From an uncultured Candidatus Saccharibacteria bacterium (GTDB lineage: Bacteria; Patescibacteriota; Minisyncoccia; Phycocordibacterales; Phycocordibacteraceae): a stretch of DNA of 64,000 bases. The stretch covers positions 20,042 to 84,041 of the forward strand of contig CAYHXV010000001.1 of NCBI GenBank assembly GCA_964360855.1, read 5' to 3'. The notes beneath the pieces were generated by a model. The model did not search any database, had not been told where the DNA came from, and worked only from the letters and a program-made list of their open reading frames with translations. The position numbers and the translations under genes were made by a program. Positions 9,715 through 17,877 of this stretch are shown here, piece by piece; the stretch's first letter is position 1, and each line of letters starts with the position of its first letter.

Positions 9715-10053
9715 CTACTCCCCCTTGCGAATAATGATATGAAAGAATCCGTTCACCACAGACACCACAATAGAGAAGAGTACCGCAATCCAGAATCCAC
9801 CAATAGAGAAGTCTGGCACCAACAGATCTGCCAGCATCACCAATAGTGCATTGATAACGAGAGAGAAGAGTCCCAGGGTAAGGATAGTAACCGGAAGAGT
9901 GAGAACGGTAATGATGGGCTTCAAGAAAATGTTAAAGACTCCAAGCACTATCGCCAACACAATTGCGCCAAGCAGAGTGACGTGCACACCAGGGACTATG
10001 TAGGCAGCAATGAGTATGGCAACGACAGAAACAATCCAGTGTATGAGCGTCAT
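9715..10053 (-). CDS. DUF360 / phage-holin-4-like small membrane protein
   Basis: 112 aa with four predicted TM helices. The sequence pattern resembles the YvlD/DUF360 family. Confidence 0.55.
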   Translation of the reverse strand: MTLIHWIVSVVAILIAAYIVPGVHVTLLGAIVLAIVLGVFNIFLKPIITVLTLPVTILTLGLFSLVINALLVMLADLLVPDFSIGGFWIAVLFSIVVSVVNGFFHIIIRKGE

Positions 10054-10067
10054 AGGTGTTCAGTATA

Positions 10068-10748
10068 CTACGGCTTCACAAACGTGAAGGACTGCACAAC
10101 CTTGTCGAGCAGTTCATACTGCTTCTCAAGCTCAGTGTCCGGAATGTCTTCAGGACTGTCCGGGTCGTCCCGATAACTTGAACCAACGGCAATCTTCTCG
10201 AGCGCTACGCAGTACCCTTCATGTAGCGCTCGATATGAAATGCCTTTTACATACTGCTGCATGCCAGCGTTCTGAAACGCAAAGGCCTTCCAAGTAGTGC
10301 CATTCAGCACCACGTCTGGAAGTACCGTCTCTCCTTGATTGGGAGTTACCTTTAAACACTGAGCGAGTTCTTTTTTGTCCATACTCACCCCAACACGAAT
10401 GAGTGCGGTGTAGTAGCGGGGATAGCTGTGGTCACTCACCGTTGTGAAAGGAGCAATTGAAACAACCGGCGTGCCGGTGGCGTTTGGGAGCGCATTTGTC
10501 CTCCAGTAGGTGCCCAGGTGATAGGAAGTGCCAAAGGTGTTCTCCACGACGGCCGCTTCAGGATACAGGAGCATAAAACCGTATATACCGTTGGTGTATA
10601 TTGCGTCCCCAGTGCTTAGTGGTGTAGTGCTTGCATTTGGAGAACCAGGAGGAATAGCCTGTTTACTAGTTGATACCAGATACCAGGCCACACCTCCTGC
10701 AATAAGCGCAAGCACGAGCAAAAAAACTGCGAGTCCAAAACGTGTCAT
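10068..10748 (-). CDS. Membrane-anchored hypothetical protein
   Basis: An N-terminal TM (FGLAVFLLVLALIAGGVAWYLV) is followed by a ~200-aa extracytoplasmic domain of unknown family. Confidence 0.55.
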   Translation of the reverse strand: MTRFGLAVFLLVLALIAGGVAWYLVSTSKQAIPPGSPNASTTPLSTGDAIYTNGIYGFMLLYPEAAVVENTFGTSYHLGTYWRTNALPNATGTPVVSIAPFTTVSDHSYPRYYTALIRVGVSMDKKELAQCLKVTPNQGETVLPDVVLNGTTWKAFAFQNAGMQQYVKGISYRALHEGYCVALEKIAVGSSYRDDPDSPEDIPDTELEKQYELLDKVVQSFTFVKP

Positions 10749-10792
10749 TACTCCCTAGTATACGCGGGAAGGGGAAATCTCCCCAATGTCTG

Positions 10793-12364
10793 CTACCTGG
10801 AAGCTTCGCGCAACTGTCGCACCACATATTCCTTGGGCAACACTGAAAGAAACCAACCTGCCTTGGGGCCTGAATCGCGATTGAGAAATACTCGATAAAG
10901 TGCGGTGAACAAGTCTTTTGGTGCTATCGGTACTTCTGTTTTGAGTACATGCAAACGTTCATGCAACTCCTCTCCCGTCTTTGAACCCGTTTCTACGAAA
11001 TCTGCAATGAGCGAAAGTGCACGCTTCTGCTCCGGTGAGAGAACAAGTCCTTCAGGCAGTGTTTCTTGGAGACGATACTGGTACTGCTCCGGTGCATAGG
11101 TTGAAAGCCAATACAGAGCATAGGTTTCGCGCTCTTCCAGGAGGCGCACTTCTTCAGTCGATAGTGCGCTTCCTTTTACTTTCTCGGCTTCAGCGAGAAG
11201 AGAGATGTGGGGCATTTGTGCAATGAACGCCACTTGCGAGAAACGCAGCTGCCACGATGCAGCTTCCCCTGCACGATCTTGAGGGAGTTTGGTGTACGCG
11301 TACAGACGAGTGAAGTCATCTGAGACACCCGTGCGCACCAGTTCCGCTAGGTCGTCATGCCAGTCATACAGGCGAGGTACCGAGTCCCCTTCTGGATCCA
11401 CGTCTACCTGCTGGGCGATTTCCTTGCCGATAAGAGCCAATCGAAAAAGTTCTGGCGGGAACAAATCACTCATATCCTTTGCGGAAGACCCACGACCCTT
11501 GGACGAGGACATTTTCTTGCCACCAACTAAAAAGAACTCATACGGAACATCAAACGGCGCTTCAAAGTCAAAAAGCTCTCGGGCAATGTGCGCCGCTACG
11601 TCGCGTGCCCCACCCTTTGTGGAGTGGTCCTTACCAGCGCCCTCTATATCAACCCCCTGTACTACCCACTTGGCTGCCCACTCAACTTTCCAGAATAGTT
11701 TCGCAGCACCCTTCCATGGCCTAACACGTCCCTGGTGGCCACAGGGCACCGTACCATCGGGAGATTTGTCACAGGTATAGCCAACGGTCTCTCCATCAAA
11801 ATCATGTGCTCGTACGGTCATCATCTTGCCACACTGCTCACACACCACCGACACCGGAAGCCACGTCTCGTCCTTACTACTTCCTGAAACTGCTTTTAGA
11901 ATTCTTCGAACGTCGTCCGTGCGAGAGAGCGCAATGCGCATAGATTCGTCCATCTTTCCAGACTGATAGAGCTCCGTTGCTCGATAGTAGCTTGGAAAAA
12001 AGCCGGCCTTCGCTATTACTGCCTGAAGTTCTGCACCAAAGTATTCAGCGTAATTAGCGTATCCTTCCTCAGGTGAGGGCACCATATAAAGAGGCCTGCC
12101 TAGATGTTCGGTAAATCGCGCTTGGTCAAGGTAGCCAGGAATATTATCGAAGGGGTCGAAATCGTTTAACTCATATCGGTACTCGTTTTTCATTCCGAGC
12201 TCATTGAGTGCCTCGCTCACGAGCCCATGAATAGCCACGCCACGCATACTCCCCACGTGGACCCTCCCGGAGAGGGTTTTTTCATCACGAATCAAAAAGG
12301 ACGTACCGTTTTTCGGAGTACGACTTTCTTGTATTTCTTTTGCGATGCGATCTGCCCAAAACAT
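10793..12364 (-). CDS. lysK: Lysine--tRNA ligase, class I (archaeal-type LysRS)
   Basis: 523 aa. HIGH-like HVGSMRG near the N-terminus, KMSSSKG (KMSKS) motif, and a Cys cluster (CEQCGKMM...C..C) typical of the class I LysRS zinc insertion. Confidence 0.7.
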   Translation of the reverse strand: MFWADRIAKEIQESRTPKNGTSFLIRDEKTLSGRVHVGSMRGVAIHGLVSEALNELGMKNEYRYELNDFDPFDNIPGYLDQARFTEHLGRPLYMVPSPEEGYANYAEYFGAELQAVIAKAGFFPSYYRATELYQSGKMDESMRIALSRTDDVRRILKAVSGSSKDETWLPVSVVCEQCGKMMTVRAHDFDGETVGYTCDKSPDGTVPCGHQGRVRPWKGAAKLFWKVEWAAKWVVQGVDIEGAGKDHSTKGGARDVAAHIARELFDFEAPFDVPYEFFLVGGKKMSSSKGRGSSAKDMSDLFPPELFRLALIGKEIAQQVDVDPEGDSVPRLYDWHDDLAELVRTGVSDDFTRLYAYTKLPQDRAGEAASWQLRFSQVAFIAQMPHISLLAEAEKVKGSALSTEEVRLLEERETYALYWLSTYAPEQYQYRLQETLPEGLVLSPEQKRALSLIADFVETGSKTGEELHERLHVLKTEVPIAPKDLFTALYRVFLNRDSGPKAGWFLSVLPKEYVVRQLREASR

Positions 12365-12392
12365 GAGGGTATCGTACCACGCGCGCTGTATC

Positions 12393-13328
12393 CTAGCGCA
12401 GCAATGAATTAACCGGAGGAACGAGCCGTGAGGGGTTTGGAACCGCTACCGGTATCGGCACTCCCGCTGATGACTCTATGGGCATACGAGCGTCCTCCTT
12501 CTTTTGATTCTCCCGCTCATGAATAAGCGTCTCGAGAAGTCGCTTACCCACCGCAGGGGTGCTGGTGGCAGTTGTTGAAGCCTCTTCCCCTGACACTGAC
12601 ATTCCGGTCAGGAGACTGGTTGCGCGTACCCGTGCCTTCTCGGACACCTTGGCGCCCTTCTTAGCACTCTGTGCAGCAGGTGCTTCAGCAGCACCTTCAC
12701 GCAGACGGGCCACCTTGCGCACCACCGCCTGTCTAATATTGGTATCGTGCTCCTGGCCAGCTTGTGCGCTCAACTGAGCTTCTAGATTTGCACGGATGGC
12801 CAGAGACTCTGAAGCATCTCCTGACTGTTCAAGCTTGTCTGCCTCGTGCAGTGCCTTATCCGCCTCACCCTCAAAGCGGGAAGCAAGTTCTGCCTCAGTC
12901 TTTGCAGAGAGCGTTCCGCGCTCACGCAATACCTCTGCTTCCTGTACTCGACGCAGGGCAAGGAAGCTGTGGAGACGCGCCTTAGCTTCACCCGAGCCAG
13001 CAAACACTGCGCGTGCAGGTTCGTTCACTTTTGTCTTCACGGCATAGAGTGGCTCTCCCGGTACCGCGTTCTCTGCCGCAAATGCTGTGGCGGTGCCACC
13101 GCCCACAATAACCGCAAGTGCGAGAACACTAACCGCGAGAGTACGCGAGTGTCCTATCACTGACCCAAGGAAAGTTAGGGAGTTGAACGGGGCAGCTTCA
13201 ACTGCAGGCATGGTGTGGAGCTCTGCATACGCCATCAGTTCCTCACGGATACGAGTTCGGACCCCGTCTCCAAGACGGACCTTTTTAAGCTTATGTATGA
13301 AATTGTGTTCAGTGTTATTCATGGACAT
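12393..13328 (-). CDS. Anti-sigma factor-like membrane protein (partner of the ECF sigma)
   Basis: Start ATG (MSMNNTEH...) overlaps the last codons of the sigma-factor gene (ATGTCCATGAATAA). A single TM (LAVSVLALAVIVGGG) is followed by a coiled-coil/charged extracytoplasmic region. The longer ORF-track start lies inside the sigma gene. Confidence 0.6.
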   Translation of the reverse strand: MSMNNTEHNFIHKLKKVRLGDGVRTRIREELMAYAELHTMPAVEAAPFNSLTFLGSVIGHSRTLAVSVLALAVIVGGGTATAFAAENAVPGEPLYAVKTKVNEPARAVFAGSGEAKARLHSFLALRRVQEAEVLRERGTLSAKTEAELASRFEGEADKALHEADKLEQSGDASESLAIRANLEAQLSAQAGQEHDTNIRQAVVRKVARLREGAAEAPAAQSAKKGAKVSEKARVRATSLLTGMSVSGEEASTTATSTPAVGKRLLETLIHERENQKKEDARMPIESSAGVPIPVAVPNPSRLVPPVNSLLR

Positions 13329-13821
13329 GTAGGTGTTCGCGAACTTTCTTGAGAGCACGGTTGATACGAACAGATATCGCATTGGGCGTTTCGCCACGAA
13401 GTTCTGCAATTTCTGCGGGGGAGAATCCCTCAACGAAGCGCAGAAGCAAGGACTCGCGGCTCGGTTCGTCCAATGTGTTGATAACGGCCAACACTTCCTC
13501 GTTCATCGCATTGTGGAGTATAGGCACCTCGTCTGTTCCTTTGGCTTCAAAGCCTTCTTCACTTAGGGCATCGAGTGATGCCTCCTTTTTCTTCCGGTAC
13601 CAGTCAATGATGAGGTTGCGCGCAATGGCATACAGGAGTGCTCTATCGTTTCGCAAGACTGTTTCCTTTCGCAGTGCCTGCCAAAAACGCATAAACACTT
13701 CCTGCGTTATATCCTCTGCACGTGCTCTATCACTTACTTTCACCAAGGCAAAGCGAAAGATCGCATCCGCATACTGATCGTATGTTTGGAGGAAGTATTC
13801 GTTAGCTTCGATCTGGTCCAT
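13315..13821 (-). CDS. ECF-type RNA polymerase sigma-70 family factor (sigma-24-like)
   Basis: 168 aa with region 2 (DAIFRFALVKVSDRARAEDITQEVFMRFWQAL) and region 4 (LSPAEIAELRGETPNAISVRINRALKKV). Confidence 0.85.
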   Translation of the reverse strand: MDQIEANEYFLQTYDQYADAIFRFALVKVSDRARAEDITQEVFMRFWQALRKETVLRNDRALLYAIARNLIIDWYRKKKEASLDALSEEGFEAKGTDEVPILHNAMNEEVLAVINTLDEPSRESLLLRFVEGFSPAEIAELRGETPNAISVRINRALKKVREHLHVHE

Positions 13822-13875
13822 AGAGTATGACGGCCACCTCCCGACATTCTGTCAAGGGAGGGGCCTCCTCTATGG

Positions 13876-13916
13876 TGCCATAAAAGCAACAGCGCGCCCA
13901 GTGGACGCGCTGTTGC
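13876..13916 (-). terminator. Hairpin terminator (GCAACAGCGCG...CGCGCTGTTGC + T-tract) downstream of the Lys-rich gene
   Basis: An 11-bp GC-rich stem is followed by TTTTAT on the minus strand. Confidence 0.5.
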
Positions 13917-13932
13917 TTCTTATGCTCGAGAA

Positions 13933-14421
13933 CTAGCGCGCCTTCTTGACCGCTTTCTTAACGAGCTTCTTCACTGCCTTCACTTCCTTCTTAACCAACT
14001 TCTTTACGGCACCCTTCTTGGTGACGGCCTTCACTGCCTTCTTCACCGCTACTGAGGGCTCAAGTTCACGCTTTAGCTCGCCCCAATTCTTCTGGAGCTC
14101 ACGAACTGCCATATCAACGTCGTCACTAGCAACTCCCTTCATACCACGGTATGAAGCTGCAGCTTTCTCAACTGCGGCAGCCACCGTCTTAGCGTCCACC
14201 TTCTTAAGGTTTTTAATCTGCTTCAGAGCATCACGCTTGAGTCCCTTTGCCCACACACTTGCTGCGTGGCGATGCTTCTTGGCGTTCTTGGTTCCATAAA
14301 AGTAATACGTTGCGGCACCTGCTGCGGCAACGGCAGCAAGCACACCTGCACCAATTTCTACCGCCTCAAGGGTGCTCATGCCTTTCTTGCTCACTGCCTT
14401 CTTTGTTGTCTTCTTTGCCAT
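13933..14421 (-). CDS. Lysine-rich histone H1-like protein with N-terminal hydrophobic segment
   Basis: C-terminal AKK/VKK repeats (KKAVKAVTKKGAVKKLVKKEVKAVKKLVKKAVKKAR) as in bacterial H1/Hc1-like nucleoid proteins. Hydrophobic stretch LEAVEIGAGVLAAVAAAGAATYYFY near the N-terminus. Confidence 0.55.
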   Translation of the reverse strand: MAKKTTKKAVSKKGMSTLEAVEIGAGVLAAVAAAGAATYYFYGTKNAKKHRHAASVWAKGLKRDALKQIKNLKKVDAKTVAAAVEKAAASYRGMKGVASDDVDMAVRELQKNWGELKRELEPSVAVKKAVKAVTKKGAVKKLVKKEVKAVKKLVKKAVKKAR

Positions 14422-14437
14422 AAATGTAATTAAATTG

Positions 14438-14713
14438 TTAGGACCGCTTTGTGCGGGTTTTTCTTTTCTTCATGCCGCTCAGGAACCCAAACAAGTGGCC
14501 AATGCGTAGACCTTCCTTGTGTACATGCTCACGCACGTTTTGAATGTCTTCCCGAAGCTGCTCTCCCTCACCGCGCACCAGTGCCGTTACCTCATCTATC
14601 TTTTTAAGTATGCCAAGTACGCGCAGAAGTACCATCGTCAAGAGCACGGACAGTACCGTCGTTGCAAGAGTTGCAACGACGAAGAAAATATCCATCTTGA
14701 GAAAGTTGTCCAT
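14438..14713 (-). CDS. Small membrane protein, DUF948-like (TM + coiled coil)
   Basis: Internal ATG at 14713 preceded by AGGATAGAGGAA. N-terminal TM (IFFVVATLATTVLSVLLTMVLL), then a charged helix. The longer ORF start overlaps the neighbouring gene. Confidence 0.45.
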   Translation of the reverse strand: MDNFLKMDIFFVVATLATTVLSVLLTMVLLRVLGILKKIDEVTALVRGEGEQLREDIQNVREHVHKEGLRIGHLFGFLSGMKKRKTRTKRS

Positions 14714-14813
14714 CTGTTCCTCTATCCTATCTTGCCTGTGGGGGTATGCAAGGGTGTGGGCAAGGAAAATCAAAAGACCCGCACCGTTTCCGGGGCGGGT
14801 CCTCCTGAAGGGG

Positions 14814-15380
14814 TCACACTTCCGACTTGGCTCTTGCAACCGCGGCAAGCACCGTGTCTTCCAGTGTGGAATGGATCGGGAAGTGTAGGCCGTCTCCAAG
14901 CGTGTCGTTCAGCTCTCGTTGGATTTGATCCAAGCCATAGAACCGAGGATCGGCTCCAACCACGACCCTGAGCTCTGGGTCTTGCTCCAGGTACGCAGTC
15001 CACTTTCCAATTTCCCGTCGGGAATCCATCGCAAATGGCTCAGGTCCCGGATGGGGGTGTTCTTCGGATTCGAAGGCCAACCAGAACATCAGGCATCCAT
15101 TTCTAGCTGCCCTCAGCATATGATAGTTTTCCCAGGCCAACTGGCGCGCGAATACCGGATCATCATTAGAAACGCCCTGAATCTGTTTCCCCAGCAATGG
15201 GTGACCCGGATAGTCTTTTTCGTACCGCATTGGGATGGCTGCAACGAAGTGAACAAGCTGCTTCTCAAGCTCCCCATAGGCTTGGTACTGCCAGTCTCCG
15301 CCGCCTCGGACTGGACCGGCGAGAAAGATTAAGGGCGGCATCCAGTTTGTAGCGCGTTTTTTCGGTAGAATTACACTCAT
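14814..15380 (-). CDS. Hypothetical protein, possibly nucleoside 2-deoxyribosyltransferase-like fold
   Basis: Start MSVILPKK with GGGAGA upstream. An N-terminal LIFLAGPVRGGGDWQ motif resembles the Rossmann-like NDT/YtoQ-type family. Weak assignment. Confidence 0.3.
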   Translation of the reverse strand: MSVILPKKRATNWMPPLIFLAGPVRGGGDWQYQAYGELEKQLVHFVAAIPMRYEKDYPGHPLLGKQIQGVSNDDPVFARQLAWENYHMLRAARNGCLMFWLAFESEEHPHPGPEPFAMDSRREIGKWTAYLEQDPELRVVVGADPRFYGLDQIQRELNDTLGDGLHFPIHSTLEDTVLAAVARAKSEV

Positions 15381-15430
15381 TTCACGTCTCCCTACTTCTA
15401 GGAAGAGTCTGCCAATATATATCAGTAAAG

Positions 15431-15670
15431 TCAAATAGAATCCGGTACTCTAACAAATCGGGGTCCCGAGTACCCAATCTCCGGTTTGTCCACCGTATCC
15501 ATAAACATTTCAAGCGGGCGTATAAAGAATTCAGGAATGTCTGCTTCGTACAGCCGCTTGTACAGCACCATCTTCTCCTCAGTTTCGGTGTGGAAAGCGA
15601 CCCCCAGCACCTCATAGTGTTTGGCGGGGTCTTTGAAGTGATAATAGATGCCAAGCTCAGGTTCTTTCAT
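15431..15670 (-). CDS. DUF1653 family protein
   Basis: 79 aa. YYHFKDPAKHYEVLGVAFHTETEEKMVLYKRLY matches the conserved DUF1653 core pattern. Confidence 0.65.
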   Translation of the reverse strand: MKEPELGIYYHFKDPAKHYEVLGVAFHTETEEKMVLYKRLYEADIPEFFIRPLEMFMDTVDKPEIGYSGPRFVRVPDSI

Positions 15671-15729
15671 TCACAGAGTATAGCAGTCTGCTCATATGAT
15701 AATTAGGCAACATGTGTTAGGGTGTGTCC

Positions 15730-16611
15730 ATGTCTTCCTCTCGCCGAAAACCTGGCTTCCAAATTAAGAAAGTGGTTGTTGCAAAGAAACCGACTCGTGC
15801 GGTTCGTCATGCGGTATCCAAAAGGAGAGTTGAGGCCAAGCCAGTGGAGTCACTTCCTCGTTTAGTTAAGCCTCGGGGTCCTGCTCCCCTCCCGAGTGCA
15901 ACCTTGTACCCCATGCGTATTAATAAGTACCTTGCCCAACAGGGGCATGCCACACGCCGTGAGGCTGATGCCCTTGTTGAAAAGAAGGCAGTGCTCATCA
16001 ATGGGCGCATCGCTCAAGTGGGAGACAAGATACTTGAGAGCGATGTTATTGAAGTACGTCGCAATGCCCGTCCCGGGCGCTATACGTACCTTGCCTTTAA
16101 TAAGCCGGTGGACGTTGATACCCATCGAGAAGACACGGGCTCTTCGAACGTGTTTGATCTGCTGCCTCCCGAAGTGAAACAGCTGAAGCTCTTTCCGGTG
16201 GGCAGACTTGATAAGGCTTCGCATGGACTCATCATTCTCACCAACGATGGCAGGATTACCGACCGTCTCTTGAATCCTGATCACGCGCACGAGAAGACAT
16301 ACGAGGTGCGCACGAAACAGCCGCTACGGACCACCTTCAAAGAGAACATGCAGTCTGGCGTGCTCATTGAAGGGTATATGACCAAACCTGCCAAGGTGAA
16401 TATTCTTGGCGAGAAGGCATTTCGTATTGTCCTTACCGAGGGAAAGAGTCACCAGATTCGACGTATGGTATCCGCACTCCACAACGAGGTATCAGACCTG
16501 CGGCGTATGAGCATTATGAATATTAAATTGAATGCGCTCAAGGCCGGGAGTTATCGAGCTATTGAAGGAGAGGAGCTGAAGGAGTTTTTGCATTCATTAG
16601 GGTTGGGGTAA
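15730..16611 (+). CDS. Pseudouridine synthase, RsuA/RluB family, with basic N-terminal extension and S4 domain
   Basis: S4-like MRINKYLAQQGHATRREADALVEKKAVLINGR. Catalytic core FPVGRLDKASHGLIILTNDG ... GKSHQIRRM. The ORF-track start at 15724 is a GTG; the ATG at 15730 is preferred. Confidence 0.85.
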   Translation: MSSSRRKPGFQIKKVVVAKKPTRAVRHAVSKRRVEAKPVESLPRLVKPRGPAPLPSATLYPMRINKYLAQQGHATRREADALVEKKAVLINGRIAQVGDKILESDVIEVRRNARPGRYTYLAFNKPVDVDTHREDTGSSNVFDLLPPEVKQLKLFPVGRLDKASHGLIILTNDGRITDRLLNPDHAHEKTYEVRTKQPLRTTFKENMQSGVLIEGYMTKPAKVNILGEKAFRIVLTEGKSHQIRRMVSALHNEVSDLRRMSIMNIKLNALKAGSYRAIEGEELKEFLHSLGLG

Positions 16612-16618
16612 GTAGCAA

Positions 16619-16647
16619 CCCCCGGACTTTTGATCCGGGGGTTTTTG
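16619..16647 (+). terminator. Rho-independent terminator (CCCCCGGA-loop-TCCGGGGG + TTTTT)
   Basis: Seen directly in the sequence, after the pseudouridine synthase stop. Confidence 0.7.
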
Positions 16648-16668
16648 GAGTGACTGGAGTGCGAATGT

Positions 16669-17064
16669 TTAGAGCTTCAAGGTACCCGCATTGCGGATGA
16701 GGAGGTGATAGTCAGTGCCCCAGACCTCGTCGCAGTCGAATGAGTCCTCGCACAAGCGCCAGCGCCCAGCATGACCAATGCTCCCAACGGAAACACCTCC
16801 CTCCACATTCTCCTTAAAGTAGAAATAGCGGTGATTGGTGCGCCGTGACTCCTCCATAGCCTCATCGTCGGTCACGGTGTGTTTGCCGTCGATGAGCCGC
16901 TGGGCGAGTTCTTCTATGGGGGTGTTCGGGGACACGTCAGCAATCGAAGCCGCCCATTCCCTGAAGCGCCCAGGGTGCGCTGGGACGAAGTCTGAGATTA
17001 GAGGGGTGGGTAACGACTCACGCATTGCCTTTCTCCATGGGCTGAACTCTCTATGAATAATCAT
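16669..17064 (-). CDS. Hypothetical protein (131 aa)
   Basis: ORF only; no recognisable motifs. Confidence 0.4.
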   Translation of the reverse strand: MIIHREFSPWRKAMRESLPTPLISDFVPAHPGRFREWAASIADVSPNTPIEELAQRLIDGKHTVTDDEAMEESRRTNHRYFYFKENVEGGVSVGSIGHAGRWRLCEDSFDCDEVWGTDYHLLIRNAGTLKL

Positions 17065-17123
17065 ACCACACGTATGACGAGTTTGTCAAATAAATGGTAC
17101 TTATCCCTTAACGCCAAGTAGAC

Positions 17124-17759
17124 CTATTTATTACTCACTTCAATTTGGCAGGTCTTTTCGTCACAATAAATTACTTCGCCGTGTGCGCTAATAGCACTGA
17201 AAACAAACGTACCATCGCTCAAATCATAGTCACCTTTTGTACCAAGACGCCATCCTTTAGGAAACCCATCTTGAGTAAACCTCTCTTGATCTTTATGAAT
17301 TGGGTAGTACCAGGATCCTGTAGGAGCAGATGCACACATACTGCCAGGATTTGGATTGTATTGTATTGTTGGATACTGCAAGTTGTACCCAGCCAATACG
17401 CACTGTAAAGCGATTTCGCGCCTGGATTCCATGAATTCAAGTACAGTTGACGCGGGAAGCACTTCTCTCTCGGGCACAAGTCCTCCCCAGCGGGTAATAA
17501 CTCCTATTGATGCAGTTGCAAATAGTACCAATAAAATTGAAAGAAGAGTCCAGCGCTTTTGGAAAGAAAGCGCCAGGAGTGCAACAAATACAACCACAAG
17601 AAGGAATACGCCTATAAAAAGCCTCGTTGGTTGGAAGTCATCCCCAATACCAATATGGAGGGTAAGTGGGTCAAGAATAAAACTCAGCCCTGCAGTAAAG
17701 ACCGCCACAAAAATTGGGACACCGCGCATCACTAAATGTTTATGGTTTGATGGATCCAT
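17124..17759 (-). CDS. Hypothetical membrane protein (211 aa)
   Basis: Three or four predicted TM helices in the N-terminal half, then a soluble C-terminal domain with two Cys. Confidence 0.45.
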   Translation of the reverse strand: MDPSNHKHLVMRGVPIFVAVFTAGLSFILDPLTLHIGIGDDFQPTRLFIGVFLLVVVFVALLALSFQKRWTLLSILLVLFATASIGVITRWGGLVPEREVLPASTVLEFMESRREIALQCVLAGYNLQYPTIQYNPNPGSMCASAPTGSWYYPIHKDQERFTQDGFPKGWRLGTKGDYDLSDGTFVFSAISAHGEVIYCDEKTCQIEVSNK

Positions 17760-17877
17760 GAGAGCGTAGATTACTTCTATTTTATCATGCCAGTTCCAAC
17801 ATCTACGAAAACAACCTATACTAACCTGTGTATGTCCTCCTCAGACCGTAAGCACTTTTTCGATATCCTCAAGAAAG

